From an uncultured Kiritimatiellota bacterium (GTDB lineage: Bacteria > Verrucomicrobiota > Kiritimatiellia > RFP12 > UBA1067): 64,000 nt of DNA. Shown here piece after piece: positions 31,235 to 41,029 of the stretch. A model generated the notes under the pieces. It saw nothing but the letters and a program-made list of their open reading frames with translations, did not search any database and was not told the DNA's origin. Numbering within the stretch: position 1 is the first letter of the stretch; each line of letters opens with the position of its first letter. A program made the translations under genes and the position numbers. The stretch covers positions 357-64,356 of the forward strand of contig CAKTYZ010000017.1 of assembly GCA_934635225.1 (NCBI GenBank), given 5' to 3'.

Positions 31235-31424
31235 GCAGCTTTGGATCGTCAAGTCGTATCGTCGTATGCGAATGAACGCGTTCTCCTGTTGAAACGAACG
31301 CGTTCTCTTGTGTGAACGAACGCGTTCTCTTATATAAGTGAACGCGTTCACTTGGTGGAATGAACGCGTTCGTTTGCCATAGAGAACGCGTTCACTTGCT
31401 CTGGAGAACGCGTTCACTTGCCTT
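31220..31424. repeat. Array of the 10-bp perfect palindrome GAACGCGTTC: seven copies phased at exactly 22 bp (31273, 31295, 31317, 31339, 31361, 31383, 31405), plus one copy overlapping the stop codon of the SBP gene (31220)
   Basis: This was counted directly from the sequence. The units share an asymmetric flank, giving the consensus GAACGCGTTC(T/A)CTTG. Confidence 0.9.
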
Positions 31425-31536
31425 CGGGGATGGTAAGAGGCAGAATCCGCATCCTTGCGGCGGCCTCTGAACACCATGGGAATGAAGATTTTTTGTCTCC
31501 TGTTCAGGTCGCTATTGACGCAGTAGCCGCGTTTTT

Positions 31537-31545
31537 GGTATACTG
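31537..31545 (+). promoter_or_regulatory. tRNA-Ala promoter: TTGACG, an 18-nt spacer, then TGGTATACT
   Basis: The sequence TTGACGcagtagccgcgtttttggTATACT lies 20 nt upstream of the tRNA 5' end. Confidence 0.5.
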
Positions 31546-31565
31546 TATCTCACATTCATCTGAAT

Positions 31566-31641
<76 letters not shown>

Positions 31642-31799
31642 TCCTTGATCGTGTGTAAATAAAAGGGTTTCCGTGTTTTCTGGCCGACGCGGGAATCCGC
31701 CCTGGACGAGGGGCGTAGGGTGTTTTACAACACTTTACAACACTTGCGCGGGGTTGTCCGAGAGGTGACTTGTAAAGAGGGTGGGGCGGCAAAAACTCC

Positions 31800-32190
31800 T
31801 TAAGTCACTTTGGCCAGACGTGAATCGTAGGCATGTGCGGTCTCTCCGTTGAGTGATTCCCTGTGGATTGAGTTGATCCAGTCCTCGAGCCGCTTCTGGC
31901 TCAGGAACTCGCGGCCGTGGACTCTCGCGAAGTGCCGCGGCGATGTCCAGGCGCACCGGTTCACGTACTGGTTCCAGGCGGTCCCGAGGATTTCGCGTCG
32001 GTGGTCCGTGAGGCGTTTCCCCGCGTCCTGCCTTATGGCATGCCTCCTTCTGCTCATGGCGTCGATCTTTCGTGTTCCTGGTTTCTTCTGCGCCGCTGGC
32101 CACCCCATGGGGGTGGCGTGGCTTGTCTTTCCTCTTCTTCGATCCCCATGGCCTTCCTCTCTTCCTTGCTGACCCGTTAGATATTACCAT
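31800..32190 (-). pseudogene. Decayed gene for an AT-hook protein (MVISNGSARKRGRPWGSKKRK...) that is frameshifted into ...DAMSRRRHAIRQ...LSQKRLEDWINSIHRE; a possible remnant of a mobile element or integrase
   Basis: Two overlapping - strand ORFs (31735-32190 and 31800-32108) read as one protein only if a frameshift is assumed. A paralogous, truncated copy lies at 39544-39810. Confidence 0.4.
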
Positions 32191-32192
32191 TT
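32037..32192. repeat. Direct repeat, copy A (about 155 bp), upstream of the alpha-2-macroglobulin gene; it contains the palindrome CCACCCCATGGGGGTGG
   Basis: It aligns with 39585-39794 (copy B). The shared blocks are GGCATGCyTCCTTCTGCTCATGGCGTCGrTCTTTCGT and GGCCACCCCATGGGGGTGGCGTGGC...TCTTCTTCGATCCCCATGGCCTTCCTCTCTT..TTGCTGACCCGTTAGATATTACCATT. Confidence 0.8.
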
Positions 32193-32299
32193 GGGAATGC
32201 GAGGTTCATGGCGATGAAAATATGATACAATATCCGCGCCTTTCAGGAGAAGGGCGAAGAGATAATCTAAGCCAATAAAGTGGAAGAAAGGAGACGGAG

Positions 32300-35200
32300 A
32301 TGAAGGATTCTGGAGAGAAATTGCGTGGGGGAATGCGCGGCGCTTACCCCGTTTGCATCGGTTTGCTGGCATTGGTGGTCGTATGTTCCGCCGTGTTCTC
32401 GTGCTGGTTGTACGGGCGGGTGCGTTCGTATGAGAAGGCGCATGGCGTGGAGATTCTTTCCGCTGCGCAAGAGGATGTTGGGAAGACGGGCGGCGAAGAG
32501 CAGAAATACGATCCGCCGAAGCCACTGCCAGAGACGGTGCGCGATGCGTCCGTAGGGGTGAAGACGCGGACGAATGCGGTGGAAAAGGCGGAAATGAAGG
32601 TCGCGTCCGTCAATTACGACGGGGATACGCGGCTTGAGGTCACGCTGACGGAGCGTCCGAACATGGACGGCATTCGACAGTACGTGGAGGTCGGGCCGAT
32701 GGACGAGGGGGTTGCCGGAATCTCCTACAAGGCGGACTACAACTACGGGAAGCGCGTCTACGAGCCGAAACTCATCATCACGGGCGATTTCGCGAACGGG
32801 ACGAACGTCACGCTGCGCCTGCGCAAGGGACTCTCGCTCTACGGGAAGTCGTCCTTGGCGGAGGGTTCCCTGGCGGAGGACTACACCTATACCTTTCACC
32901 GACGGGATCTTAAGCCGTCCGTGGCATTCGCCCATGCGGGACGCTACCTGCCGCCGAGCGGCGGACGGACGCTCGCCATCGAGAGCGTGAACGAGCCGAG
33001 CGTCCGGGCGGAAATCCGCCGCGTGGAACCGGCGAACATCGTCCAGTTGCTGGCGCGAGAGGAGAATAAATATGCGCGTTATTTCAACTTTTATTACTGC
33101 GACAATGGAGATGCTAGGGATACGGCGGAACTTGCCGGAGAGGTGACGGAAAGTTTTCATAAGTGCCAGAATACGCTCAACCGAAAGGAAATCTGGCAGA
33201 TGCCGGTCGGCGCGGCGGATGGCGGTCCGAGCAACGGCGTGTACTTGGTGAGCATCTGCCACGGGCCCACATACCGACTCGTCTGTGTCTCCGACCTCGG
33301 GCTGTCCGTGCGACAGAGTGGAGACGATTTGGGCGTGTGGGTGACTTCGCTGACGACGGGACGGCCCATGCCGGGAGCGAAGATTCGGGTGTTTTCCGCC
33401 GCGAATATCGAAGTGATGACCGGGACGAGCAATGCGGACGGCTGGTGCGTTCCAACGCGCATCCAAAAGGGTGCTCCGTTCGCCGTCGTGGTGACGACAC
33501 CGTCGGACGATGACCGCACGTTCATGGCCCTCACGGATCGCATGGAGGTTGACGAAACCTACACGGACGGTGCGCGCGCAGACTACGTTGCGAAGGAGGC
33601 GTGTACGGGGTTCGCGTGGACAGAGCGCGGCATCTATCGGCACGACGAGAAGATCTTCTACCATCTTCTTCTGAGGACGGGCGAGATGAAGGCTCCGAAG
33701 CCGTTCCCCGTGAACCTGCGACTTGTCACCCCGAAAGGTGATGTTTTCATCAGGAAAACGCTCGTTTCGGACGAATCGGGGGCGATTGCGTACAATGGCT
33801 TCGCCGTGCCGGCGGACCAGCCGAGCGGGAAGTGGCAGATTCTCGCCGTTCTGCCGGGCGAGAAGGAGGTCGTGCTCGCCGAACGCGAAATCAAGGTCGA
33901 GGAGTTCGCACCACCGCAGGTGCGCGTCACGGTTGCCGCAAAGGAGGAGGATGTGAATCCCACGAACTTCGCCTTCACCGTCTCCGCCGAACACCTCTTC
34001 GGGGGCGCGGCGACCGCGCTTCGGTGCGAGGGTGCGGTCGTCTTCGAGGACGTGCCGTTCGCCCCGGCGGCGTGGAAGGGCTACCAGTTCGGGAACGAGG
34101 ACCTCGGACTGAAGCCGAGCTTCCGGCGGCTTGGCGCGAAAGTTCTCGATGCGGAGGGGCGGATGGCGTTTGTCGCGCCGCTCTGGAAGGATTCGGGGCT
34201 GCCGAAGGCGATGGTTCGCACCACGGCGCAGGGGACGGTGTTCGAGGATGGGGGACGACCGGCGACGGCCCGCGCGACGGTTCTTCAGCACTATTATCCT
34301 TATTATATAGGCTCGACGCTTGCGAGTTGGGTGCGCAAGCCCGAACAGGGAATGCCACGCCTTCTGCTCGCCTGCGTGAACTCGGACGGGACGCGCGTTG
34401 CCGAGGCGAAGAGCCTGACCGTCCGGCTTGAGCGCATTGATTCCGTCTACTCCTACAAGCAGGGGGACAACGGCGTGAACACGTGGAACAGCGAGCGCAT
34501 CCGCGTGCCGGCATCGGACGATTGGACGGTCACCACGCGGACGGATGCGGATACGGAGGTCATCCTGCCGGTTGCCGAGAGTGGGGACTACATGGTCACG
34601 GTGTTCGATGTCGAGACAGGTGTCTCCTACGCCCGCGCATTCTATCTGAGCACATGGGGCGACGAGGCCATCCGTGCGCCGCTCGCCAACCCGACGGAAG
34701 TGACGATTCGCGCCGACAAGTCCGTCTACCGTGTGGGCGAAGCGCCGCGCCTCATCGTGAAGTCGCCGTTCGCCGGATTCGCGATGCTCTCCGTTCAGCG
34801 CGAGCGCGAACGCTATACTCAGATTCTCGAACTCACGAACGCGACGAGCGAAGTGGTGCTTCGTCCCGTCAGCCGTGAGGACGCGCCGAACCTCGACGTC
34901 TACCTCTCGGTCGTGCAGAGCGTGGCGGAGAACTCGAAGCACCTCGCCGCGCGGGCGCACGGTCAGACGACGGTGAAGGTGATGCCGAAGGAATACGAGA
35001 TTCCCGTCAAGGCCAGTGCGACGGTTGAAGCGGCGAAGACCGTGCGGGTCCAGGTTCAGGCACCGGGTGCGGAGGCCGTGTGGGTGACGGTCGTGGATGA
35101 GGGAATCAACCTCCTGACGGGCGAACCGACTCCCGATCCGGTCGCGGCGTTTGCAGAGGAGCGCGGTGCGGACCATCCGCTCTACGACATCTACGGCAGG

Positions 35201-37111
35201 ATTCTGCCCGTGGACGGTGCGGCCCTCAAGGCCAACGGAATCAAGACGGGTGGCGGATTCGGTGCCGAGATGCTGGGGCGCGTCAGCCCCGTCGGGACGC
35301 GGCGGTTCAAGCCGCTCGCCCTCCAGCGGCAGGCGGAACGCGGTGCGGACGGCATGTGGCGGACGACATTCAAGTTGCCGCCGTTCGTCGGCGAGGTGCG
35401 CGTGACGGCGGTCGTCCACTCGACGACGGCGACGGGCGCGGCATCCGTGCAGGCGAAGGTTGCGCCGGCGATCGTGATGATGCCAGATGCGCCGCGTTTT
35501 GCCGCACCGAACGACTTGTTCGAGGTGGCGTTGCCCCTCCACAACAGGAGCGGCGAGGCGGCGACGATTGACTACGAGATTCTGGCGGATGGGGCGATTG
35601 TCGCGTCCGACAAGACCCTGCACCTTGCCAAGGACGCGGCGACGAATATCTTCGTACGAGTCCGCGCACCGTCCGAGCCGGGCGAGATGCGCCTCGTCTA
35701 CCGCGTCAGCGGATGCGGCGAGCCGCAGGAGCAGACAATCGACCTCCCCGTGCGTCCGGCCGTCGCGTGGCGCGAGGTGGCGGGCGTGGCGCTGAAGGGC
35801 GAATCGCCGAAATGTGAGACTTCCGCCTTCGTCAAGTATGTCGAACGCGAGTTCGATTCGCCGCTTGGGGAGTACGAGGCGGCGTTGCGGTGGCTCGCCG
35901 AATACCGCCACGGCTGTCTGGAGCAGACGTGTTCGCGCGTCTTCCCTCTCGTCGCGGCGGGCGGCATCATGAACGGCATCGTCTCGAATGCGACGGACGC
36001 GGTGGCGAGGGGCGTTCGGCGCGTGGAGTCGATGGTGCGCGAGAACGACTTCACGATGTGGCCCGACTGCAACTATGCGCCGTGGAACCGCGAGGTCTCC
36101 CTCTACGCGGCACACTTCCTGTTCGCGGCGGAGAAAGCGGGCGTCACGCTGAACCCGATTGCACGGAAGCAGGTCGTCAAGTTCCTGACTCAAAAGTGGC
36201 AGTATTTGACCCTCGGCGATGAATCGACCTATGCGGCGTATGTGCTCGCGCTGTCGGGCGCGGCGAATCGGGATCGGCTCTTCAGTCTCTACGACAAAAG
36301 TGCCACGCTTTCGGCTCTCGCCCGTGCACGGCTCGCGCTTGCCTTCGTTGAAGTCAACGACCTCACGCGGGCGCGGACGCTCCTTGCCGAGTCCTATGAA
36401 CCGCAGTCCGTCAAGGAGGCAGCGTTCCAGCTGCTGGCACGGGTTGCGGTGAACCCGAAGGACGAGCGGAATGCTCCGCTTCTCGTTTGGCTGAACGAGT
36501 CGCGCGACCGCGAAAGATTCAGCTGGGGGACGACCGAGGAAAACGCCCACGCGCTTCTCGCAATCGGCGCGTACTATCAGGCGAATCCGCCGAAGAAGGG
36601 TGAGAAGTTCGTTGCGTGGCGGAAGCTGACACTGTCCAAGGTTGAGGACGTGAAGGCCGAATCGTCGGGACTCTTCCTCGCGCGGCGGTTCCTGACGGCG
36701 GAAGGCAAGCCCGCCGACCTTGCGAACCTCACCTGCGGCGATCTCCTCTATTCTGAGCTCTCAATCACCTCCGCCGTCAGCCGCGTTGTCAACGACCTCG
36801 TGATTGAGGACCTTTTCGCCGGCGGCTTCGAGCCGGTGCACAATGCGCTCGAGTGGAAGGCAAAGGAGGGCGACGCGGATGGGCGACAGCCTGTCGTCGA
36901 CTGGGTGATGCGCACGGACGCACGGGACGATCGTATGCTGGTCTTTTCCAAGAAGTTCACACTGGGGGCGGGCGATGTCGCACGAGTCTCGTATCCGGTT
37001 CGGGTGGTTTCGGCGGGCGAGTTCGTCCTGCCGGGCGCGAGCGTGGAGGGGATGTACAATCCTGAGCTGCGCTCTTGCCTTGCTCCTGGCCGCATCGTGG
37101 TTCACCATTGA
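32300..37111 (+). CDS. Bacterial alpha-2-macroglobulin with a thioester
   Basis: The protein is 1603 aa with an N-terminal signal/anchor. The thioester motif GCLEQ (EYRHGCLEQT) is present. A Shine-Dalgarno sequence AAAGGAG precedes the start. Confidence 0.85.
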   Translation: MKDSGEKLRGGMRGAYPVCIGLLALVVVCSAVFSCWLYGRVRSYEKAHGVEILSAAQEDVGKTGGEEQKYDPPKPLPETVRDASVGVKTRTNAVEKAEMKVASVNYDGDTRLEVTLTERPNMDGIRQYVEVGPMDEGVAGISYKADYNYGKRVYEPKLIITGDFANGTNVTLRLRKGLSLYGKSSLAEGSLAEDYTYTFHRRDLKPSVAFAHAGRYLPPSGGRTLAIESVNEPSVRAEIRRVEPANIVQLLAREENKYARYFNFYYCDNGDARDTAELAGEVTESFHKCQNTLNRKEIWQMPVGAADGGPSNGVYLVSICHGPTYRLVCVSDLGLSVRQSGDDLGVWVTSLTTGRPMPGAKIRVFSAANIEVMTGTSNADGWCVPTRIQKGAPFAVVVTTPSDDDRTFMALTDRMEVDETYTDGARADYVAKEACTGFAWTERGIYRHDEKIFYHLLLRTGEMKAPKPFPVNLRLVTPKGDVFIRKTLVSDESGAIAYNGFAVPADQPSGKWQILAVLPGEKEVVLAEREIKVEEFAPPQVRVTVAAKEEDVNPTNFAFTVSAEHLFGGAATALRCEGAVVFEDVPFAPAAWKGYQFGNEDLGLKPSFRRLGAKVLDAEGRMAFVAPLWKDSGLPKAMVRTTAQGTVFEDGGRPATARATVLQHYYPYYIGSTLASWVRKPEQGMPRLLLACVNSDGTRVAEAKSLTVRLERIDSVYSYKQGDNGVNTWNSERIRVPASDDWTVTTRTDADTEVILPVAESGDYMVTVFDVETGVSYARAFYLSTWGDEAIRAPLANPTEVTIRADKSVYRVGEAPRLIVKSPFAGFAMLSVQRERERYTQILELTNATSEVVLRPVSREDAPNLDVYLSVVQSVAENSKHLAARAHGQTTVKVMPKEYEIPVKASATVEAAKTVRVQVQAPGAEAVWVTVVDEGINLLTGEPTPDPVAAFAEERGADHPLYDIYGRILPVDGAALKANGIKTGGGFGAEMLGRVSPVGTRRFKPLALQRQAERGADGMWRTTFKLPPFVGEVRVTAVVHSTTATGAASVQAKVAPAIVMMPDAPRFAAPNDLFEVALPLHNRSGEAATIDYEILADGAIVASDKTLHLAKDAATNIFVRVRAPSEPGEMRLVYRVSGCGEPQEQTIDLPVRPAVAWREVAGVALKGESPKCETSAFVKYVEREFDSPLGEYEAALRWLAEYRHGCLEQTCSRVFPLVAAGGIMNGIVSNATDAVARGVRRVESMVRENDFTMWPDCNYAPWNREVSLYAAHFLFAAEKAGVTLNPIARKQVVKFLTQKWQYLTLGDESTYAAYVLALSGAANRDRLFSLYDKSATLSALARARLALAFVEVNDLTRARTLLAESYEPQSVKEAAFQLLARVAVNPKDERNAPLLVWLNESRDRERFSWGTTEENAHALLAIGAYYQANPPKKGEKFVAWRKLTLSKVEDVKAESSGLFLARRFLTAEGKPADLANLTCGDLLYSELSITSAVSRVVNDLVIEDLFAGGFEPVHNALEWKAKEGDADGRQPVVDWVMRTDARDDRMLVFSKKFTLGAGDVARVSYPVRVVSAGEFVLPGASVEGMYNPELRSCLAPGRIVVHH

Positions 37112-39254
37112 CTGGTCGCCCGAAGGGGCGGACGAGTATCCGGGCGGCATCGTCCTACGCGATGACGCGGGGAATGTGCTCCGCGTGTCGCTGGGCGAGG
37201 GCGATGTCGACTGCCGCCCTTACTACGCGGCGGATCCGAACGACTGGATCGTGAAGGCCCTCGTGGCGGTGGAAGACGGGTCGTTTTGGACGCATCGCGG
37301 TGTGCGTCCGCTCTCGATCCTGCGGGCGACCGCGCAGAACCTCTTTTACCGTCGCCGCATTTCGGGGGCCTCGACCCTCACGATGCAGACGGTGCGGCTG
37401 ATTCGCCCCCATCCGAAGACTCTCTGGTGGAAGTGGAAAGAGACGATTCTGGCCCTCAAGATGGAGAGAAAGCGCGACAAACTGTGGATTCTGTCGCAAT
37501 ATCTGAACCGCACTCCCTACGGATCGAACTTCGTCGGCATCGAGGCGGCGGCGCAGGGCTGGTTCGGGAAGGGCGCGAAGGATCTCGGACTCGGCGAGGC
37601 GGCCTTGCTCGCGGGGATGGTGCAGGCCCCCTCGCGGTTTCGTCCCGACCGTGGCTACGAAAAGGCGATGAAGCGTCGCGACTACGTGCTGAACCGTATG
37701 TTGAAACTGGGAATGGTCACCGAGGGGCAGTGCGCGGCGGCGCGGACGGTTCGCCCCGTCGTCCGCCGTGCGCCGCGTCCGTTCAAGGCCCCCCATTTCT
37801 GCGACTGGGTGATGATGAGGATCGGGAAGGATCGCAACGCGCAGCGCAGGAGCGGCGATTTCGTGACGACGCTCAATGCGGACGTCCAGCGGCTCGCGGA
37901 AAATGCGGTCGCGCAGGCGGCGGAGAAGGGCGGCTATTCGGTTGCGGCGGTTGTGATGGGGGTCAGGACGGGTGAGGTGAAAGCCCTCGCCTGTAGCGGC
38001 GACTACTTCAACGCGGCGGGGGGGCAGGTGAATACCGCTGTTTCGTCGCGTCCGGCTGGTTCGACGCTCAAGCCGTTCCTCACAGCCCTCGCCTTCGACC
38101 GGGGACTCTCCACGCCCGATGAGCGGGTTGCCGATGTGCCTCGCGCCTACCGGGGGTATCGTCCGGCGAACTTCGATGCGGCGCACCGGGGACTCGTCAC
38201 GGTTCGGGATGCGCTCGTCCTTTCCCTGAACATTCCGTTCGTGCAGATGCTGAACCGCGTCGGCGTTTCGGACTTCGGGGCGATGCTGAGGGAACTCGGC
38301 TTTGAGCAGTTGGGGAAGTCGGACGAACCGTTCGGTCTTGGCATGGCCATCGGCAACGCCGAAGTCTCGCTCGTCGAACTCGTCTCGGCCTACGCCACGC
38401 TTGCACGGGGCGGAATTGCGCGTCCCCTTGCGGTCCTTCGTCCGGAAGACGGAGAAGGCGAGGATGCGGCGGGTTTCCGTGTGTTTTCGGAAGGCAGTTC
38501 CTACCTCGTTTCGGATGTCCTTTCGGGTAACGAACGCGCGAGCGCGGCATTCGGGCATATCGCCGACGTGCCCGTGTCGCGCTTCGCGTGGAAGACGGGC
38601 ACCTCAAGTGCCTATCGGGATGCGTGGACGGTTGCGTGGAATCCGGACTATGTCATCGGCGTGTGGTGCGGACACAAGGTCGGCGGCTTCGGCGACAAGA
38701 CGCTTGTCGGGGCGAAGGCCGCCGCACCCGTCGCTCTCGGTCTCGCGCGGTCGCTCTATCCGCAGAACGACGGGCCGTGGTTCGTCGCACCGCCGGAAGT
38801 CCACGAGCGGGAGGTCTGTCCGCTGTCGGGTCTGCCGCGCAGCGCGAACTGTCCGCAGGGGGAAGTCGGGCGCTATCTTGAGGGACGGAGCGATGCGCGA
38901 CCATGCGCGGTTCATGTTCGGGACGCGGAAGGGCGCGTCGTCGAGCGGTTGGATGCCGCACTTGCGGCATTTTCGGGAGATCTCGACGCGGCGGAACGGC
39001 TTCAGATTTCAAAGCCGGAGAACGATTCCGCATTTTGCCGTGTAAAGGGGATGGCGCAGCAGAAGGTCATCTGCCAGGTCCTCGGCAACCCGAAAGAAGC
39101 GCGGCTTTGGTGGATGCAGAATGGCGTAATGGTTGGGAACAGCGTCGATTCCGAGCCGTTTGCCGTCGAAATGGCGGTTGGCACAAACGAGGTGACGTGC
39201 GTCTCTGCGGAGGGCGTTTCCGCATCCGTCCGCTTCTTCGTGCGGGAGGAATAA
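36975..39254 (+). CDS. pbpC: Penicillin-binding protein 1C (transglycosylase-transpeptidase)
   Basis: The GT51 motifs EDGSFWTHRGV and GASTLTMQ are present, with a transpeptidase domain. If the ATG at 36975 is used, the gene overlaps the 3' end of the A2M gene by 137 nt. Confidence 0.8.
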   Translation: MSHESRIRFGWFRRASSSCRARAWRGCTILSCALALLLAASWFTIDWSPEGADEYPGGIVLRDDAGNVLRVSLGEGDVDCRPYYAADPNDWIVKALVAVEDGSFWTHRGVRPLSILRATAQNLFYRRRISGASTLTMQTVRLIRPHPKTLWWKWKETILALKMERKRDKLWILSQYLNRTPYGSNFVGIEAAAQGWFGKGAKDLGLGEAALLAGMVQAPSRFRPDRGYEKAMKRRDYVLNRMLKLGMVTEGQCAAARTVRPVVRRAPRPFKAPHFCDWVMMRIGKDRNAQRRSGDFVTTLNADVQRLAENAVAQAAEKGGYSVAAVVMGVRTGEVKALACSGDYFNAAGGQVNTAVSSRPAGSTLKPFLTALAFDRGLSTPDERVADVPRAYRGYRPANFDAAHRGLVTVRDALVLSLNIPFVQMLNRVGVSDFGAMLRELGFEQLGKSDEPFGLGMAIGNAEVSLVELVSAYATLARGGIARPLAVLRPEDGEGEDAAGFRVFSEGSSYLVSDVLSGNERASAAFGHIADVPVSRFAWKTGTSSAYRDAWTVAWNPDYVIGVWCGHKVGGFGDKTLVGAKAAAPVALGLARSLYPQNDGPWFVAPPEVHEREVCPLSGLPRSANCPQGEVGRYLEGRSDARPCAVHVRDAEGRVVERLDAALAAFSGDLDAAERLQISKPENDSAFCRVKGMAQQKVICQVLGNPKEARLWWMQNGVMVGNSVDSEPFAVEMAVGTNEVTCVSAEGVSASVRFFVREE

Positions 39255-39584
39255 GTATTCAGAAGTGCATGTCCGTACGAACCGTTGGCGTCTCAAGTAC
39301 TCGGAATTGCGGACGGATTTGAGCGCAAAATCGCTTGATGGGAGTGGAAAGACGTGTAAAATCGTGCATTATTTTGAGGTTCGTGCCAATATGTGCACTT
39401 GTCGGGATTCGCGCCATTTCGCCACGCTTTGAGGTAAACGGTTTTGGTCAGAGGGTAAGGCGGGCGCGGCGGATTGCCTGCGGTGCTCGGCACGGAGAAG
39501 TAAGACACGCCGCGTCCTGGCTGTCTTACAAGTCCTAAGCGTCCTACCCGACGCGGATTGATTCCCCACGCTCAGCCGTTTTTT

Positions 39585-39794
39585 TGGCATGCTTCCTTCT
39601 GCTCATGGCGTCGGTCTTTCGTCTGATGGTTTGTGTTGCAGTTCCCATCATACACGATTTCCTCGACGCCGTGGGCGTTTTCCTTCGCCGCCGGCGGCCA
39701 CCCCCATGGGGGTGGCGTGGCGTGCTTTTCTTCTTCTTCGATCCCCATGGCCTTCCTCTCTTATTTGCTGACCCGTTAGATATTACCATTTTCG
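39585..39794. repeat. Direct repeat, copy B (about 210 bp, with an internal insertion of about 60 bp), downstream of pbpC
   Basis: See copy A. On the - strand it encodes MVISNGSANKRGRPWGSKKKK... Confidence 0.8.
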
Positions 39795-39865
39795 CGTTGG
39801 GATTTTTCACTCGCCCCCCTTGCGCGGCGTCAGAAAAAAGAGTATACTACACACCGTTTTCGATT

Positions 39866-39942
39866 GGGGCTGTAGCTCAACTGGATAGAGCATCAGACTA
39901 CGAATCTGAGGGTTGTGGGTTCGACTCCCGCCAGCCCCGCCA
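39866..39942 (+). tRNA. tRNA-Arg (anticodon ACG)
   Basis: A cloverleaf was folded by hand. The anticodon loop is ctACGaa and a 3' CCA is present. Confidence 0.85.
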
Positions 39943-39958
39943 ATTGAAAGCGCCAGAT

Positions 39959-40035
<77 letters not shown>

Positions 40036-40066
40036 AAAAGATCTGGTTCTGGCTTCAAGCCCTTGT

Positions 40067-40143
40067 CGGACCGTAGCGCAGCCTGGTAGCGCGTTTGCTT
40101 GGGGTGCAAAAGGTCACGAGTTCAAATCTCGTCGGTCCGACCA
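40067..40143 (+). tRNA. tRNA-Pro (anticodon GGG)
   Basis: A cloverleaf was folded by hand. The anticodon loop is ttGGGgt and a 3' CCA is present. Confidence 0.85.
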
Positions 40144-40447
40144 ATGAGTGTGGTGATACGCTCGCCTTACGACCAATGTTTTCGTGGGTGTGGTCGAAGG
40201 TCTTTTCGTGATGAGACATGTAGGCATCTGAATGTCGCGTGGTAACTCAACATGACAATAGCGAATCAAGGACAAATCGTCGAGCTGTAAAATAGAGGTA
40301 AACAATCTGAATCGCTGATATTTCGCGCGCTATGCGAATCGCGTCACATTGATTTCTGGATCACAAGAATGATATAATGCAAACGCCATTTACGGTATGT
40401 TCAGAAAAGGTGTTTTTCTTTTTCTCACATGAAGAGGAGGTGATTTT

Positions 40448-40876
40448 ATGAAGAAACTGATGTTTGTCGCCAGTGTGGTATTTGTTGCAGGATCGCTCTT
40501 TGCGGTGGCCACCAAGCGGACATATCGTGACGCGCAGGGTCGCAATATGGGTTCTGCGTCGATGGATTCGTCTGGCCGGGCAACTTATCGGGATGCCCAA
40601 GGCCGAAATTTAGGGTCGTCCACTATGATTGGTAGCAGGACGACCTATCGTGATTCATTGGGACGCAACCAAGGATCCGCGACAACAGATTCGTCCGGGA
40701 ACATGACCTATCGAGATTCTCAGGGGAGAATGATGGGTACGGCTCGTATCGATTCGACCGGCATGGTCACGTATCGAGACGCGCAGGGGCGTTTGCAGGG
40801 CACGGCCATGACGGATTCGTCTGGCCGGATGGTCTATCGCGATACCCGGGGGCGTTTGCAAGGCACGAAGAAGTGA
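40448..40876 (+). CDS. Secreted protein made of eight tandem repeats of about 16 aa, with consensus TYRD(A/S)QGR.(L/M)G(S/T)A..DSSGR
   Basis: A signal peptide is followed by the eight repeats. An AGGAGG Shine-Dalgarno sequence precedes the start. The GC content is about 55%, against about 63% for the flanking genes. Confidence 0.6.
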   Translation: MKKLMFVASVVFVAGSLFAVATKRTYRDAQGRNMGSASMDSSGRATYRDAQGRNLGSSTMIGSRTTYRDSLGRNQGSATTDSSGNMTYRDSQGRMMGTARIDSTGMVTYRDAQGRLQGTAMTDSSGRMVYRDTRGRLQGTKK

Positions 40877-41029
40877 CCTTTGACACGGCATTCGAGAAGC
40901 TGGCGCGTTTGAAGATCCGCAGCGGGTTCAGGTTGTCGGACGCGGATTGTAATTATATCGCCGGAGCGTCATCACGCTGGGAGCAAGCCGCATGGCCGAT
41001 GAAATGTGGTATAATCTCCGTCCACAGAC

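Noticed and set aside
31220-31424. The palindrome array read as a CRISPR array
   Set aside because: The repeats are only 10 bp, the spacers are 12 bp, there are no cas genes, and the repeats are perfect palindromes with a conserved flank. It is more consistent with protein-binding sites or iterons.
32267-36550. The ORF of 1427 aa on the - strand
   Set aside because: It is the antisense shadow of the alpha-2-macroglobulin gene. It is R/G/P-rich and has no motifs.
39395-39425. The hairpin GTAAGACA-N14-TGTCTTAC downstream of pbpC, considered as a terminator
   Set aside because: It has a perfect 8-bp stem, but it is not followed by a U-tract. It lies inside the repeat-containing spacer, so its function is unclear.
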